Assembly (NCBI GenBank): GCA_963816185.1
Contig: CAWFJJ010000024.1
Location: 64,001 to 128,000 of the forward strand
Origin: Thermoanaerobaculia bacterium
Lineage (GTDB): Bacteria; Acidobacteriota; Thermoanaerobaculia; UBA5066
Direction of reading: 5' to 3'
Length of the DNA: 64,000 nucleotides
Made by a program: the position numbers and the translations under genes. The notes under the pieces are model-generated. The model had not been told where the DNA came from, searched no databases, and saw only the letters and a list, made by a program, of their open reading frames with translations. Below are positions 29,942 to 40,077 of the stretch, piece by piece; within the stretch, counting starts at the first letter, position 1; every line of letters starts with the position of its first letter.

Positions 29942-32064
29942 GCGCACGTGGGTCCCTTCCCGCGCCGACAGGGGAGCCGGTCCCGTTTCTCAGGGAGCGC
30001 CTTCTTGCGCTCGGGTCGCTGGCGTTCCTGGCTCCCGTCCCTCTTTTCTTCAGCAACGCCCTCGAGCTCGCCGTGCTCCTCGTCTATCTCGGCGTCGTCG
30101 CGGTATTTCTCCTGCGCGTGAGAGGGGGCCGCGTTCCGCGCCTTGGAAACCGCGCCCTGAATCTCGCCGGACTCCTCTATCTTCCCGTGATCGTCGTCGA
30201 CGTGCGCTTCGGCAGCCAGACGCTCCTGAAGACGATGCTCCACCTTCTCCTGTTCACGACGCTCTTCAAGCTCGCGGCGATTCGGAAGGAGCGCGACCTC
30301 TCGCTCGCCCTCGCCCTGTCGGGCGTGCTGTTCGTGGCCTCCGTCTCGACTTCTTTCCACTACACGATTCTGCTTTACGTTCTTCTCGTCGCCTTCGTCG
30401 GCTGGGCGGTCCTCGTGAAGTGGGCGCTGTGGCGCGATCTTGCGGCGGCCCCGGAAGAGTGGAGCCGTGACCGCGCCGCGCGCGAGCTGCCGGGCGGCGG
30501 ACCGCTTTTCACGTCGGTGCTGTCCACGGTGCTGATCGCCGTGCCGCTCTTTCTCTTCCTTCCGCGTCTCAAGACCCCATATGTCAAGGGTGCCGAGGCC
30601 GGGCGCGAGATCACGACGGGCTTCTCGGAGAACGTGGACCCAAACCTTTTCGGCGAGCTGAAGCAGAACGACCGGGTCTTTCTGAGGATCACGAGCGAGG
30701 AGCCGCTCGGCGAAGGCTCGGCGGCCATCCTCAGACTGCGGACGCTCGCTCTCTCGCGCTGGGAGGACGGCGTCTGGAAGAAGCCGCTCGAGCGCAGTGT
30801 CACCCTCTCGCCTGCGAGGAGCGGCATGCTCATCCCTCTCGCCGCGCGAGGCCGTGCGGTGCCGGGGGGCTCGGCGATGACGATCGACCTCACGCCGATC
30901 GAGACTCGGACCCTTCCGTATCCGCTCCAGGGCACCGCGCTGCGCCTCTCGGAAGGTTCGTTCCGCAGTCCCAATCTCGCATACGTCGAAAGGGACGCGG
31001 TGCGCAACGTGCGCCTGCCGTTCGAGCCCGAGCGCACGATCCAGTACACGGTGTTTTACGGGATCCGTTCGCTCCCCGACCTCGAGCCAGGCGACGCGGT
31101 CGAGGCCGGAAAGGGCGCCGGCTCGAAAACGCTGCGCGCGTTCGCGCTCGACACGCTGGCGGGCATCGATCCGGCGACCGATCCCGAGGCCGCGGCCGAA
31201 AGAATCGAAGCGGCTCTCAGGAGGTGGACGTACGAGCTGGACCTCAAGCCGCACGGGCCGAACGCCGTCGAGGACTTCGTGGCCAATCGGCGCAGAGGCC
31301 ATTGCCAGACGTTCGCGACCGCGATGGCGCTTCTCCTTCGCGAAGTGGGCGTTCCGACCCGGTTCGTGACGGGCTTTCTGGGCGGCGAGATCGGAGCGTT
31401 CGGACGATACGTTCTCGTGCGAGGTCAGAACGTCCACGCCTGGGTCGAGGTCTGGTGTGGACCGTCGAAAGGCTGGCTCACGTTCGATCCAACGCCCCTT
31501 GCAGGTCAGCCGGGCCTCGAGCGCGTGCCCGTGTCGCGGCGTCTGAGGCAGGTGACGGATGGGCTGGAGTTCTTCTACGACCGCTTCATCCTCTCGTTCG
31601 GCCAGGGCGACCAGGTCGAGCTTCTGCGGAAGATCCGCGAAGCGGCCCGGAGCGCGCTTGGAGTCCTTCGGCGTCCTCGCGCGGGGAAGGGCTTGCCGCT
31701 GAGCCCCGTGGCCAGCGTCGGAGCCGCGGCGCTCCTCCTCGCCGCGCTCGTCCTCCTCGGACGACGCCTGCGCGTTGCGCGCTGGAGAACGAGCGGTCTC
31801 GCGCCGGCCTCGGCCGCGTATCGCCGACTCCAGAAGGCGCTCCATCGGGCCGGTGCGCCGCTCACTCCCGCGTCCGTCCCGGGCGAGACTCTTGCCGCGG
31901 CTGCTGCGCTCGGCCCTCGTGCCGCGCTCCCCGCGCAGGCGATCGTCCGCGCCTACATCCGGGAGTCTTTTGGAGGGCTCGCGGCTCCGGACGGAGAGGA
32001 CGTCAGGCTGCGAGGCCTTCTCGACGAGTTCCGCCAGGCCGCGAAACGGCGTCGGGCGCAATGA
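29938..32064 (+). CDS. Membrane transglutaminase-like protein (TgpA/DUF3488 type)
   Basis: Multiple TMs; FLFLPR, TGFSE.V; catalytic GHCQTFATAM, HAWVEV, W.TFDPTP. Confidence 0.9.
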   Translation: MSARGSLPAPTGEPVPFLRERLLALGSLAFLAPVPLFFSNALELAVLLVYLGVVAVFLLRVRGGRVPRLGNRALNLAGLLYLPVIVVDVRFGSQTLLKTMLHLLLFTTLFKLAAIRKERDLSLALALSGVLFVASVSTSFHYTILLYVLLVAFVGWAVLVKWALWRDLAAAPEEWSRDRAARELPGGGPLFTSVLSTVLIAVPLFLFLPRLKTPYVKGAEAGREITTGFSENVDPNLFGELKQNDRVFLRITSEEPLGEGSAAILRLRTLALSRWEDGVWKKPLERSVTLSPARSGMLIPLAARGRAVPGGSAMTIDLTPIETRTLPYPLQGTALRLSEGSFRSPNLAYVERDAVRNVRLPFEPERTIQYTVFYGIRSLPDLEPGDAVEAGKGAGSKTLRAFALDTLAGIDPATDPEAAAERIEAALRRWTYELDLKPHGPNAVEDFVANRRRGHCQTFATAMALLLREVGVPTRFVTGFLGGEIGAFGRYVLVRGQNVHAWVEVWCGPSKGWLTFDPTPLAGQPGLERVPVSRRLRQVTDGLEFFYDRFILSFGQGDQVELLRKIREAARSALGVLRRPRAGKGLPLSPVASVGAAALLLAALVLLGRRLRVARWRTSGLAPASAAYRRLQKALHRAGAPLTPASVPGETLAAAAALGPRAALPAQAIVRAYIRESFGGLAAPDGEDVRLRGLLDEFRQAAKRRRAQ

Positions 32065-32128
32065 TTCAGATTGGGGATATCCTTCGCGTCTCGGTGAAGA
32101 TCTTCTGCGACGACACTGGAGGAACGAG

Positions 32129-32476
32129 ATGAAGAAGACGACAGTGGCTGTTTCTGCTTTCCTTGCGTTCTGCGTCGGCACGACGCTGCTCGCGAACCTC
32201 GACAACCAGAAAGCCTTCGTGACGAAGTATCCCGACGCCAAGGCCAAGCTGGGCAAGTGCTCGACGTGTCACGTGAAGCCTCTTCCGAAGAAGGAAGACC
32301 ATGTGCTGAACCCGTATGGGAAGGACGTCCTGACGAAGGCGGCCGACGACCCGAAGGCCGTGAAGAAGACATTCAAATTCGAGAAGATCGAGGGGCTCGA
32401 CAGCGACGGCGACGGCGTGAAGAACATCGACGAGATCAAGGCCGGCACGAACCCCGGCGACTCGAAATCCAAGTAG
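32129..32476 (+). CDS. Small periplasmic monoheme cytochrome c with a DSDGDG Ca-binding-like tail
   Basis: RBS GGAGG; signal peptide; CSTCH; NPYG; DSDGDGVKNIDEIKAGTNPGD. Confidence 0.8.
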   Translation: MKKTTVAVSAFLAFCVGTTLLANLDNQKAFVTKYPDAKAKLGKCSTCHVKPLPKKEDHVLNPYGKDVLTKAADDPKAVKKTFKFEKIEGLDSDGDGVKNIDEIKAGTNPGDSKSK

Positions 32477-32480
32477 GCTG

Positions 32481-32936
32481 ATGGGTTCGGAGCCCGTCAC
32501 GCGGCGTCGCTGGATCGACGTCCTGCTCGGTACCAGCTTCGCCGCGTGGATGGGGGCCGTCGTCTATCCGGTCCTCAAGTACCTCACGCCGCTCAAGGAC
32601 GGAGGCGGCTCGAACAAGGCCACGCTCAACGACGCCCAGAAGAACGAGCTCTCGAGCAACGGGTTCCTGATCGCCCGCGTCGGCACGGACCGCGTGCTGC
32701 TCTTCAAGGACAAGAAGCAGAAGCTGAAGGCTCTTTCGGCCAAGTGCACGCACGAGGGCTGCACGGTCCAGTTCGTGCCGGCCGACGGCATCATCTGGTG
32801 CGCCTGCCACAACGGGAAGTTCTCCCTCGACGGCCGCGTCATCTCGGGGCCGCCGCCCCGGCCGCTGGCGGCCTTCACGGTGGAAGGCGACCTCAAGGGA
32901 GTCGTGACCGTGATCAAGCCGGGGAGCACCGCATGA
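32481..32936 (+). CDS. Rieske [2Fe-2S] subunit of a Rieske/cytochrome b complex
   Basis: Tat-like TRRRW plus TM; CTHEGC and CACHNG boxes; GPPPRPL. Confidence 0.92.
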   Translation: MGSEPVTRRRWIDVLLGTSFAAWMGAVVYPVLKYLTPLKDGGGSNKATLNDAQKNELSSNGFLIARVGTDRVLLFKDKKQKLKALSAKCTHEGCTVQFVPADGIIWCACHNGKFSLDGRVISGPPPRPLAAFTVEGDLKGVVTVIKPGSTA

Positions 32937-35900
32937 GCGACGAGCGCGATTCCGCGCCTGCCCCGGCTTCCGCTCCCGCGCGGATCTGGCGAATGCTGGA
33001 CGAGCGGTTTCAGCTCTCGGGCCTCGTCACGTTCCTCGGCCACAAGGAAGTGCCCGTCGGCTCGCACTCGATGGTCTGGTATTACCTCGGCGGCGTCTCG
33101 CTTTTCTTCTTCGTCGTCCAGATCGCCACCGGAATCCTCCTCCTCATGAACTATCAGGTGGGGGAGAACACGTCCTACGAGAGCATGAAGAACCTCGTGG
33201 GCCGTGTGCCGTTCGGCTGGCTCATCCGCTCGATCCATTGCTGGTCGGCACACCTCATGAGCCTCGCGGTCCTCGCGCATCTCTTCAGCGTTCTCTTCCT
33301 GAAGGCCTATCGCAAGCCGCGCGAGCTGACCTGGTACACGGGCTTCGCGATGCTCGGGATCGTCCTGGGTTTCGGGTTCTCCGGCTACCTGCTTCCGTGG
33401 AACGAGCTCAGTTATTTCGCGACCGCCGTGGGGACCGACTCGGTGAAGTCCGTTCCTCTCGTCGGGCCCTGGATGCTCCGCGTCCTCAGGGGAGGCGAAG
33501 AGGTGTCGGTCCAGACGCTGTACCGGTTCTTCGCGCTCCACGTCTGCATCCTTCCGCTCGTCATGGGGGCGTTCATAGGCGCCCACCTGCTTTTCATCCA
33601 GAGGCAGGGGATGGCCCAGCCGCTCGAAGAAGGGCCTTCGCGCGAGACGAAGCCGCGGCCGCGCGGCATGCCGTTCTTCCCGAATTTCGCGATGCGCGAC
33701 CTGCTCCTGTGGGTGATCTGCCTGAACATCCTCGCGCTCCTCGCGGTCGCCCTTCCGTTCGGACCGAAGATCCCGGGGATGGAATGGGAGCTCGGGGCGA
33801 AGGCGAACCCGCTGAAACCGGCGTATCCGGGCATCAAGCCCGAGTGGTACTTCCTGTCCGTCTATCAGATGCTTCGGGAATTCCCGGCGCATCTTCTCGG
33901 GATGGAAGGGCCGCAGGCCTGCCTGCTCCTCGCGAGCATCCTCGGGGCGATCGCGTTCGCGATCCCGCTCCTCGACCGGAACGCGGCGAAGGGAAAGCCG
34001 AGCCCGCTCTTCACGGATCTTGGCGTCGCCGGACTCCTCTTCCTCGGGTTTCTCACCCTCAAGGCGTGGGACGTGGGCGTCCATGTACCGCACGGAAAGG
34101 ACCCGGCAGGCGACCCCGCGATGGCCGTGACGATCGCGCGGACCGCGGCGATCTGGATCATCGGGATCGGGCTCGCCGCGATGGCGCTCCGGCGCCTGAA
34201 ATGGGGACACTCCGCGTTCTCCTTCACCGCCGCCGTCCTCCTGCAGGCGGCGCTGAACGGATTCACGCGTCTGAGCTGGCTCGCGAGCGGGGGAGTCGCC
34301 CTCGCCGTCCTCGCCGTGCTGCTCGTCGCCGGGCGGGCTCGCCGCGGTGCGTCCGCCGCGGTGCTCTTGGTTGTCGCCTTCGCCGCGCCTTCGCGGGCGC
34401 GTGCGGACGAGAAAACAGCCGCGCCCGCGCCGGCAACCGCGTCGGTGCCGGGGCACATCGTCGAGGAAGCCTGGCCCGCCGAGTTTCAGAAGCTCTTCAC
34501 GGAAGAGGACAAGAAGACGGGCCCGGTCCTGAACGAGAAGGCGAAAGCCCGATTCCGAAGCCTGCCCAGCCACGCGCAGGAGCTGTTCTTCGCGGCCGCG
34601 AAGGACGGAAGGCTCGCGTCCGGAGCCCACCTCGCGACGCTCCTCGCGCTGGACATCGACGACCGCAAGGTCGAGCTGATCATGGGCGACAACTGCGTCC
34701 TCTGCCACTCGAACCCGGACCTGCCGGACGAGATTCTCTTCAAGCCGCGCGAGAAAGGCGATCCGAACGCCCACCTCGATCTCCGCGAGATCGTGAGCGA
34801 CGTCCACTTCCGCGGCGGGCTCATGTGCGCGGGCTGCCACGGGGGAAAGCCCACCGACACCGAGATGTCGGCGGAGATCGCCAAGCGCTGGCCCGCGTCG
34901 GAGATCCGGCACAAGGACCGCTCGTGGATCCCGGAATTCTGCGCCCGCTGCCACTCGTCGAGCGAGTTCATGCGGGGCTACAACCCGTCCCTTCCCGTGG
35001 ACCAGCTCGTCAAGTACCGGACGAGCAAGCACGGGCAGCTCCTCCTCGGGAAGAAGGACTCGAAGGCCGCGCAGTGCGTGAGCTGCCACGGCGTGCACGG
35101 GATCCGGCCGCCCGACAGCACGAACTCTCTCGTCTATCGCGAGAACATCCCGGCGACCTGCGGCAAGTGCCACGCGGACGCGGCCTACATGAAGGGCTAC
35201 ACGCTCGACGACGGGGTGACGCCGATCCCGACGAATCAGCTCGAGCAGTACAAGAAGAGCGTGCACGGCCTCGCGCTCCTCGGAAAGCACGACGCGGGCG
35301 CGCCCGCGTGCAACGGCTGCCACGGGAACCACGCGGCGCTTCCGCCGCAGGTTGCTTTCGTGTCACAGGTCTGCCGGACCTGCCATGCCGCGAACGGGAG
35401 TCTCTTCGACGGAAGCCCGCACAAGAAGGCGTTCCAGGCGCACGGCTGGCCCGAGTGCGAAACGTGCCACGGAAAGCACGACATCGCGACCCCCACCGAC
35501 GAGATGCTCCGCGACGCGCCCGCAGGCCCTCTGCCACTCGTGTCACGCGAAGTTCGGCAAGCCGATATGCGACGAGACGGCGCGGTTCTTCTATGCGTCC
35601 ATCACGTCCCTTCGCGAGTCGCACGAAGCCCTCGGGAAGGACATCGACCGGCTTGCGGAGCGCGGCTTCGACGTCGACGAGCTGCGATTCCAGTCGAGCG
35701 CCGTGACCGACGCGCTCCGCAAGACGCGCCTCGGCATCCACACGTTCGACCGGAGCGACTTCATTCGCAACTCCGAGGCGACGTCCGCGGCCGAGACGAC
35801 CCTCCGAAACGCCGCGGCCGCCGTCTGGGCCGAGTACCGCTTCCGCCGGAACGGCCTCATCCTCGCGAGCGGCCTCATTTCGGCGTTCGCGGTCCTCCTC

Positions 35901-35945
35901 TACCTGAAGATCCGGCAGGTCGACCGCAACTCGCACCCTGAATAG
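32933..35945 (+). CDS. Cytochrome b (b6 plus subunit IV type) fused to a nine-heme cytochrome c with a C-terminal TM; one frameshift near 35520
   Basis: Heme b ligands in RSIHCW..LAHL and ALHV..GAHL; GYLLPW; PEWY; CxxCH motifs CVLCH, CAGCH, CARCH, CVSCH, CGKCH, CNGCH, CRTCH, CETCH, then CHSCH in the shifted frame ending at 35945. Confidence 0.85.
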
Positions 35946-35980
35946 GGCGTTTGGATCATCAAATAGGGCGTCTGAATCAT
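35941..35980. promoter_or_regulatory. 19-bp direct repeat with a 21-bp period, candidate operator
   Basis: aatagggcgtttggatcat (35941-35959) and aatagggcgtctgaatcat (35962-35980). Confidence 0.5.
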
Positions 35981-36017
35981 TGGCGGAGGTCCGCCCGCGG
36001 CCCATCGTCCCCTGATC

Positions 36018-36489
36018 ATGAATAGGTTCCTGAAGGACAAGGAACATCTCGTCCGCATGGCGGCGCTGTTCGCCGCGGGCGTGGTTCTCTTCCTGATCCT
36101 CCAGGCGGTGCTCGTGCCGAAGGGATTCGGCGTCTATGGCCACTACCGTGCCGGGGCTCTCGCGGACAACCGCGCGCGCGCGCCGCGCTTCGCGGGCCGA
36201 GCCGCCTGCATCGAATGCCACACGGACGAGCGGGACGCGCTGAAGGGCGGCAAGCACGCTGGCCTCGGCTGCGAGGCCTGCCACGGGGCCCTCGCAAAGC
36301 ACGCCGAGGATCCCTCCGCGGGCAATGCGTTCAAGCCCGACCCGAAGGACGATCTGCTTCACCTGCCACCTCGTGAACGTCGCGAAGCCGAGGAAGTTCC
36401 CCCAGATCGACCCGAAGAGCCACTTCGACGGCGGGGCCTGCAACGGCTGCCACTCTCCGCACGCCCCGGACAAGGAGCCCGCGAAATGA
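36018..36489 (+). CDS. Membrane-anchored tetraheme cytochrome c; frameshift near 36345
   Basis: N-terminal TM; CIECH and CEACH, then in the shifted frame CFTCH and CNGCH; TGA 36487-36489 overlaps the next ATG. Confidence 0.78.
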
Positions 36490-37247
36490 GTTCCGACCGC
36501 CGCGACTTCGTGCTCACGGCCGGAAAGCTCCTCGTGCTGACGGCACCGGCGGCCGCCTACCTCGAGGCCGTGGAGACCGGCAAGGCGGAAGAGCCCGCCT
36601 ACAAGATGGCCGAGCACTACTGGGGAATGATCGTCGACGTCGAGAAGTGCATCGGCTGCGGCAATTGCGTGAGGGCCTGCAAGACCGAGAACGACGTGCC
36701 TCTCGAGCCCACCTTCTTCCGCACGTGGGTGGAGCGGTATCACGTCGCAGGCACGGCGGAGGAGCATCCCGACGTCGACTCGCCCGACGGCGGCTACAAC
36801 GGTTTCCCCGAGAAATACGCGGCCGGAGACGGCGCCAAGAGCTTCTTCGTGCCGAAGCTCTGCAATCAATGCGCGCACTCGCCCTGCACCCAGGTGTGCC
36901 CCGTGGGCGCCACGTTCGAAAGTCCCGACGGCGCGGTCCTCGTGGACAAGACCTATTGTCTCGGCTGCCGCTACTGTGTGCAGGCCTGCCCGTACGGGTG
37001 CCGGTTCATCGATCCGCGCACGAAGACGGTCGATAAGTGCAACCTGTGCTACCACCGCATCACGAAGGGCCTCACGACGGCTTGCTGCGAGAGCTGTCCC
37101 ACGGGCGCGCGGCAGCTCGTCGACCTCAAGGACCCGAAGGACCCGGTCCACGAGTTCCTGAGGACGCACAAGATCCAGGTCCTGAAGCCGCAGATGGCCA
37201 CCGGGGCGAAGGTCTTCTACAACGGCCTCGACGGGTCGGTGAGGTAG
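36486..37247 (+). CDS. Tat-exported 4x[4Fe-4S] protein (NrfC/DmsB/PsrB family)
   Basis: DRRDFV signal; CIGCGNCVRAC, CNQC..PC..VCP, CLGCRYCVQACP, KCNLC..CCESCPTGAR. Confidence 0.9.
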   Translation: MSSDRRDFVLTAGKLLVLTAPAAAYLEAVETGKAEEPAYKMAEHYWGMIVDVEKCIGCGNCVRACKTENDVPLEPTFFRTWVERYHVAGTAEEHPDVDSPDGGYNGFPEKYAAGDGAKSFFVPKLCNQCAHSPCTQVCPVGATFESPDGAVLVDKTYCLGCRYCVQACPYGCRFIDPRTKTVDKCNLCYHRITKGLTTACCESCPTGARQLVDLKDPKDPVHEFLRTHKIQVLKPQMATGAKVFYNGLDGSVR

Positions 37248-37251
37248 CGCC

Positions 37252-38430
37252 ATGGAAGAAGGGCTTCGCCACGCGGTTCAGGGTTTCATGTACCCCAACG
37301 AGGTCGAGCTCCAGTGGAGCATCCTGATCGTCCTTTACCCGTTCACGACCGGACTCGTCGCCGGCGCCTTCATCCTCGCGTCGCTCGAGCGCGTCTTCAA
37401 CGTGGCGGCGGTCAAGCCGACGTACCGGCTCGCGCTCCTGTCCGCGCTCGCGTTCCTCCTCGTGGCGCCGCTGCCGCTGCAGCTTCATCTCGGCCACCCC
37501 GAGCGCTCCCTCGAGATGTACCTCACGCCGCACACGAGCTCGGCGATGGCGATGTTCGGGTTCATCTATCTCTGGTATCTCATGGCGGTTCTCGTCCTCG
37601 AGATCTGGCTCGACTACCGGAAGGACATGGTCCTCCTGGCTCGTTCCGAGACCGGCTGGAAAAGAACGCTCTACCGGGTTCTCACCCTCGGCGTGGACAA
37701 CATCAGCGAGGAGTCCCTCCGCATCGACGACAAGCTGGGACGTTTCATCACGATCGTGGGCATCCCCTCGGCCTTCCTCCTCCACGGGTACGTCGGGTTC
37801 ATCTTCGGCTCCGTCAAAGCGAACCCCTGGTGGTCCACGCCCGTGATGCCGATCGTGTTCCTCTTCTCGGCCATCGTGTCGGGCATCGCCCTCGTGCTCC
37901 TCATGTACATGCTCGTCTGCTTCCTGAAGGGCATTCCCATCGACATCCCGTGCGTGGACACGATCGCCCGCTACCTGATGTACGCGTTCCTGATCGACTT
38001 CTCGCTCGAGATGCTCGATCTGATCCACCGCATCTACGAGGCGGATGAATCGTTCAAGAGCCTCGACTTCATGGTTCACACGCGGCTCTACACCTCGCAG
38101 ATCCTCGTGCAGATCATCTTCGGCACGATCGTCCCGATCTCCATGCTGGCCTTCATTCAGGTCGTGAAGCTGAGCGAAGCGGCCCGAAAGGGCATCTACG
38201 TCCTCGCCGGCCTGCTCACGCTCATGGGAATCTTCGCGATGCGGTGGAACGTGGTCATCGGAGGTCAGCTCTTCTCGAAGAGCTTCCTCGGGTACACGAC
38301 GTACAAGATGGCGTTCGCCACGAGGGAGGGGCTGCTCCCGGCGATCGTCCTGATGATCCTTCCGTTCGGAATCCTCTGGGTTCTCGTCAAGATCCTGCCG
38401 CCCTTCGAAGAGGAGAAGGCGGCCGTCTGA
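37252..38430 (+). CDS. NrfD/PsrC family quinone-interacting membrane subunit
   Basis: W..LIVLYPF.TGLVAG, LGHPER, SSAM, FLFSAIVSG, RWNVVIGGQ; about 10 TMs. Confidence 0.9.
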   Translation: MEEGLRHAVQGFMYPNEVELQWSILIVLYPFTTGLVAGAFILASLERVFNVAAVKPTYRLALLSALAFLLVAPLPLQLHLGHPERSLEMYLTPHTSSAMAMFGFIYLWYLMAVLVLEIWLDYRKDMVLLARSETGWKRTLYRVLTLGVDNISEESLRIDDKLGRFITIVGIPSAFLLHGYVGFIFGSVKANPWWSTPVMPIVFLFSAIVSGIALVLLMYMLVCFLKGIPIDIPCVDTIARYLMYAFLIDFSLEMLDLIHRIYEADESFKSLDFMVHTRLYTSQILVQIIFGTIVPISMLAFIQVVKLSEAARKGIYVLAGLLTLMGIFAMRWNVVIGGQLFSKSFLGYTTYKMAFATREGLLPAIVLMILPFGILWVLVKILPPFEEEKAAV

Positions 38431-38479
38431 GCTCCTGTCCGCAGGGGCGCGGGAAACGCGACATCAGGAGCTGACCGCC

Positions 38480-40027
38480 ATGGACGACCCGGTCTCCAGG
38501 CTCGAGAAGGAGGTCGCGGAGCTGGGCCGTTTGCTCCGGTCTGTGGAGGCGCGCGTGGCCGCGCTCGAGGGAAAGGGGGAGGCCTCGCCCGCTCCGGCCC
38601 TCGAACCTGTCCGTGTACTCCCCGCGGCGACGGAGCCGACAGGCCCCTCGATCGTCGCCCTCGCGGGCCGCTGCCTTTTCGTCCTGGCAGGGGCGTTCCT
38701 CATACGCGCTCTGACCGACTCGGGCGCGTTCCCGCGCGCTTTGGGGGTCGCGCTGGGTCTGGCGTACGCACTAACGTGGCTCATCCTCGCAGACCGATCC
38801 GGGCGGGCGGGCTCTGCCGCGGCCGCGACCGCGTGGGGCGCGACGGCGCTCGTCATCGCGTGTCCCCTCGTTTGGGAGGCCGCGACGCGCTTCGATGTGC
38901 TCCGGCCGACGGCTGCAGCAGCCGTGCTCTTCGCAGCGGGCGCCGCCGCCCTCGGCGCGTCCGTTCATCGCAACCTCCGCGCGCTGGCCTGGGTCTCCGT
39001 GCTCTTGGTTCTCCCGACCGCGTGCCTCCTCCTGGTCTCGACGCACGCCCTCGTCTCCTTCGGCGCGCTTCTGGTCGTCGTCGCCGCGGGAGCCGAGGCG
39101 GCCTCGGTCCGCCGTGACTGGCCCGGCCTCCCGTGGCTGCCGGCCGTCGTCGCGGATCTCGTCGTTCTCGAGGCCGTCTGGATCGCCGCGCGCCCTGAAG
39201 GGCTGCCCGAGGTGTACGCGGGCCTTTCCAGGGGCGCCGTCCTCGCGCTCGCTCTCGCGCTCTTCGCCGCTTCCCTCGCGGGAACGGCTCGGCGCGCGTT
39301 CGGCCGCACGGAGACGCCCGACGCCTTCGAGGCCGTTCAGCTCGGAGCGGCCCTGTTGCTCGTGGTCTTCGCGGTCTCGCGGCTCACCCCGTTGGCGGGC
39401 CTTCCGCCGTCTCTCGTCTGGGCCGTTGCCGGATTCGTGGCGGCCGTCGCGCCGGCCCGCGCCGTCGGCTCGACGGCTCCGGCGTACGGCGGTGTCATGC
39501 TTCTGACGGCGGTGATTGTCTCCGGACTGGCCGGGTTCGTCCGGGATGCTTTCGTCGGTTCGCCCGCCGCCGGGAGGCCGGCCACGAGCTCCCTCGTCGT
39601 TCTCGTCCTCTCCGCTGCTGCGACGGTGCTTCTCGCGGGGCGTCTGCGGGCAGGCTCCGGGGGAGCCGTCGTGCGCGGGGCGATGTTCACGCTCGCGTGC
39701 GTCTCGATCGCGGGGGCAGGCGCACTGGCCGTACTCGCCCTGGCTCTCCTCGTCGCTCCCGACGGGGAGCCGGGCCGTACCGCCGCGGCGCGTGGCGCCG
39801 TCCTGGCCGCCGCTTCGGTGCTGCTCGCCTCGCTCAGGCGCCTCCCGACTCTCGCCCCCCTCGCACGCCTCACCTACCCGGTACTCGCGGTTGCCGGGCT
39901 CAAGCTGCTGATCGACGATCTCCCGCATGGACGCCCGAGCACGCTCGTTGTGACTTTCGTCCTGTACGGCGCCGCCCTGATCGTCGTGCCCCGGATTCTG
40001 CGGGCGGCGCGCCGGCCGGCGGGCTGA
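38480..40027 (+). CDS. Polytopic membrane protein (DUF2339-like)
   Basis: N-terminal coiled coil (RLEKEVAEL..RVAALE), many TMs, GLKLLIDDL; RBS AGGAG. Confidence 0.7.
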   Translation: MDDPVSRLEKEVAELGRLLRSVEARVAALEGKGEASPAPALEPVRVLPAATEPTGPSIVALAGRCLFVLAGAFLIRALTDSGAFPRALGVALGLAYALTWLILADRSGRAGSAAAATAWGATALVIACPLVWEAATRFDVLRPTAAAAVLFAAGAAALGASVHRNLRALAWVSVLLVLPTACLLLVSTHALVSFGALLVVVAAGAEAASVRRDWPGLPWLPAVVADLVVLEAVWIAARPEGLPEVYAGLSRGAVLALALALFAASLAGTARRAFGRTETPDAFEAVQLGAALLLVVFAVSRLTPLAGLPPSLVWAVAGFVAAVAPARAVGSTAPAYGGVMLLTAVIVSGLAGFVRDAFVGSPAAGRPATSSLVVLVLSAAATVLLAGRLRAGSGGAVVRGAMFTLACVSIAGAGALAVLALALLVAPDGEPGRTAAARGAVLAAASVLLASLRRLPTLAPLARLTYPVLAVAGLKLLIDDLPHGRPSTLVVTFVLYGAALIVVPRILRAARRPAG

Positions 40028-40077
40028 TGGGTTTGCACCATAGCGGCCGGCGCCCGCGATCCGGAGAATCCGGGTCC

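Noticed and set aside
27928-32064. MoxR-DUF58-transglutaminase triad as a novel system
   Set aside because: This is a widespread, already described gene arrangement.
36018-37247. Apparent cytochrome c-ferredoxin fusion ORF (409 aa)
   Set aside because: A frameshift near 36345 hides two more CxxCH motifs and a TGA at 36487. The Fe-S gene has its own ATG, RBS and Tat signal.
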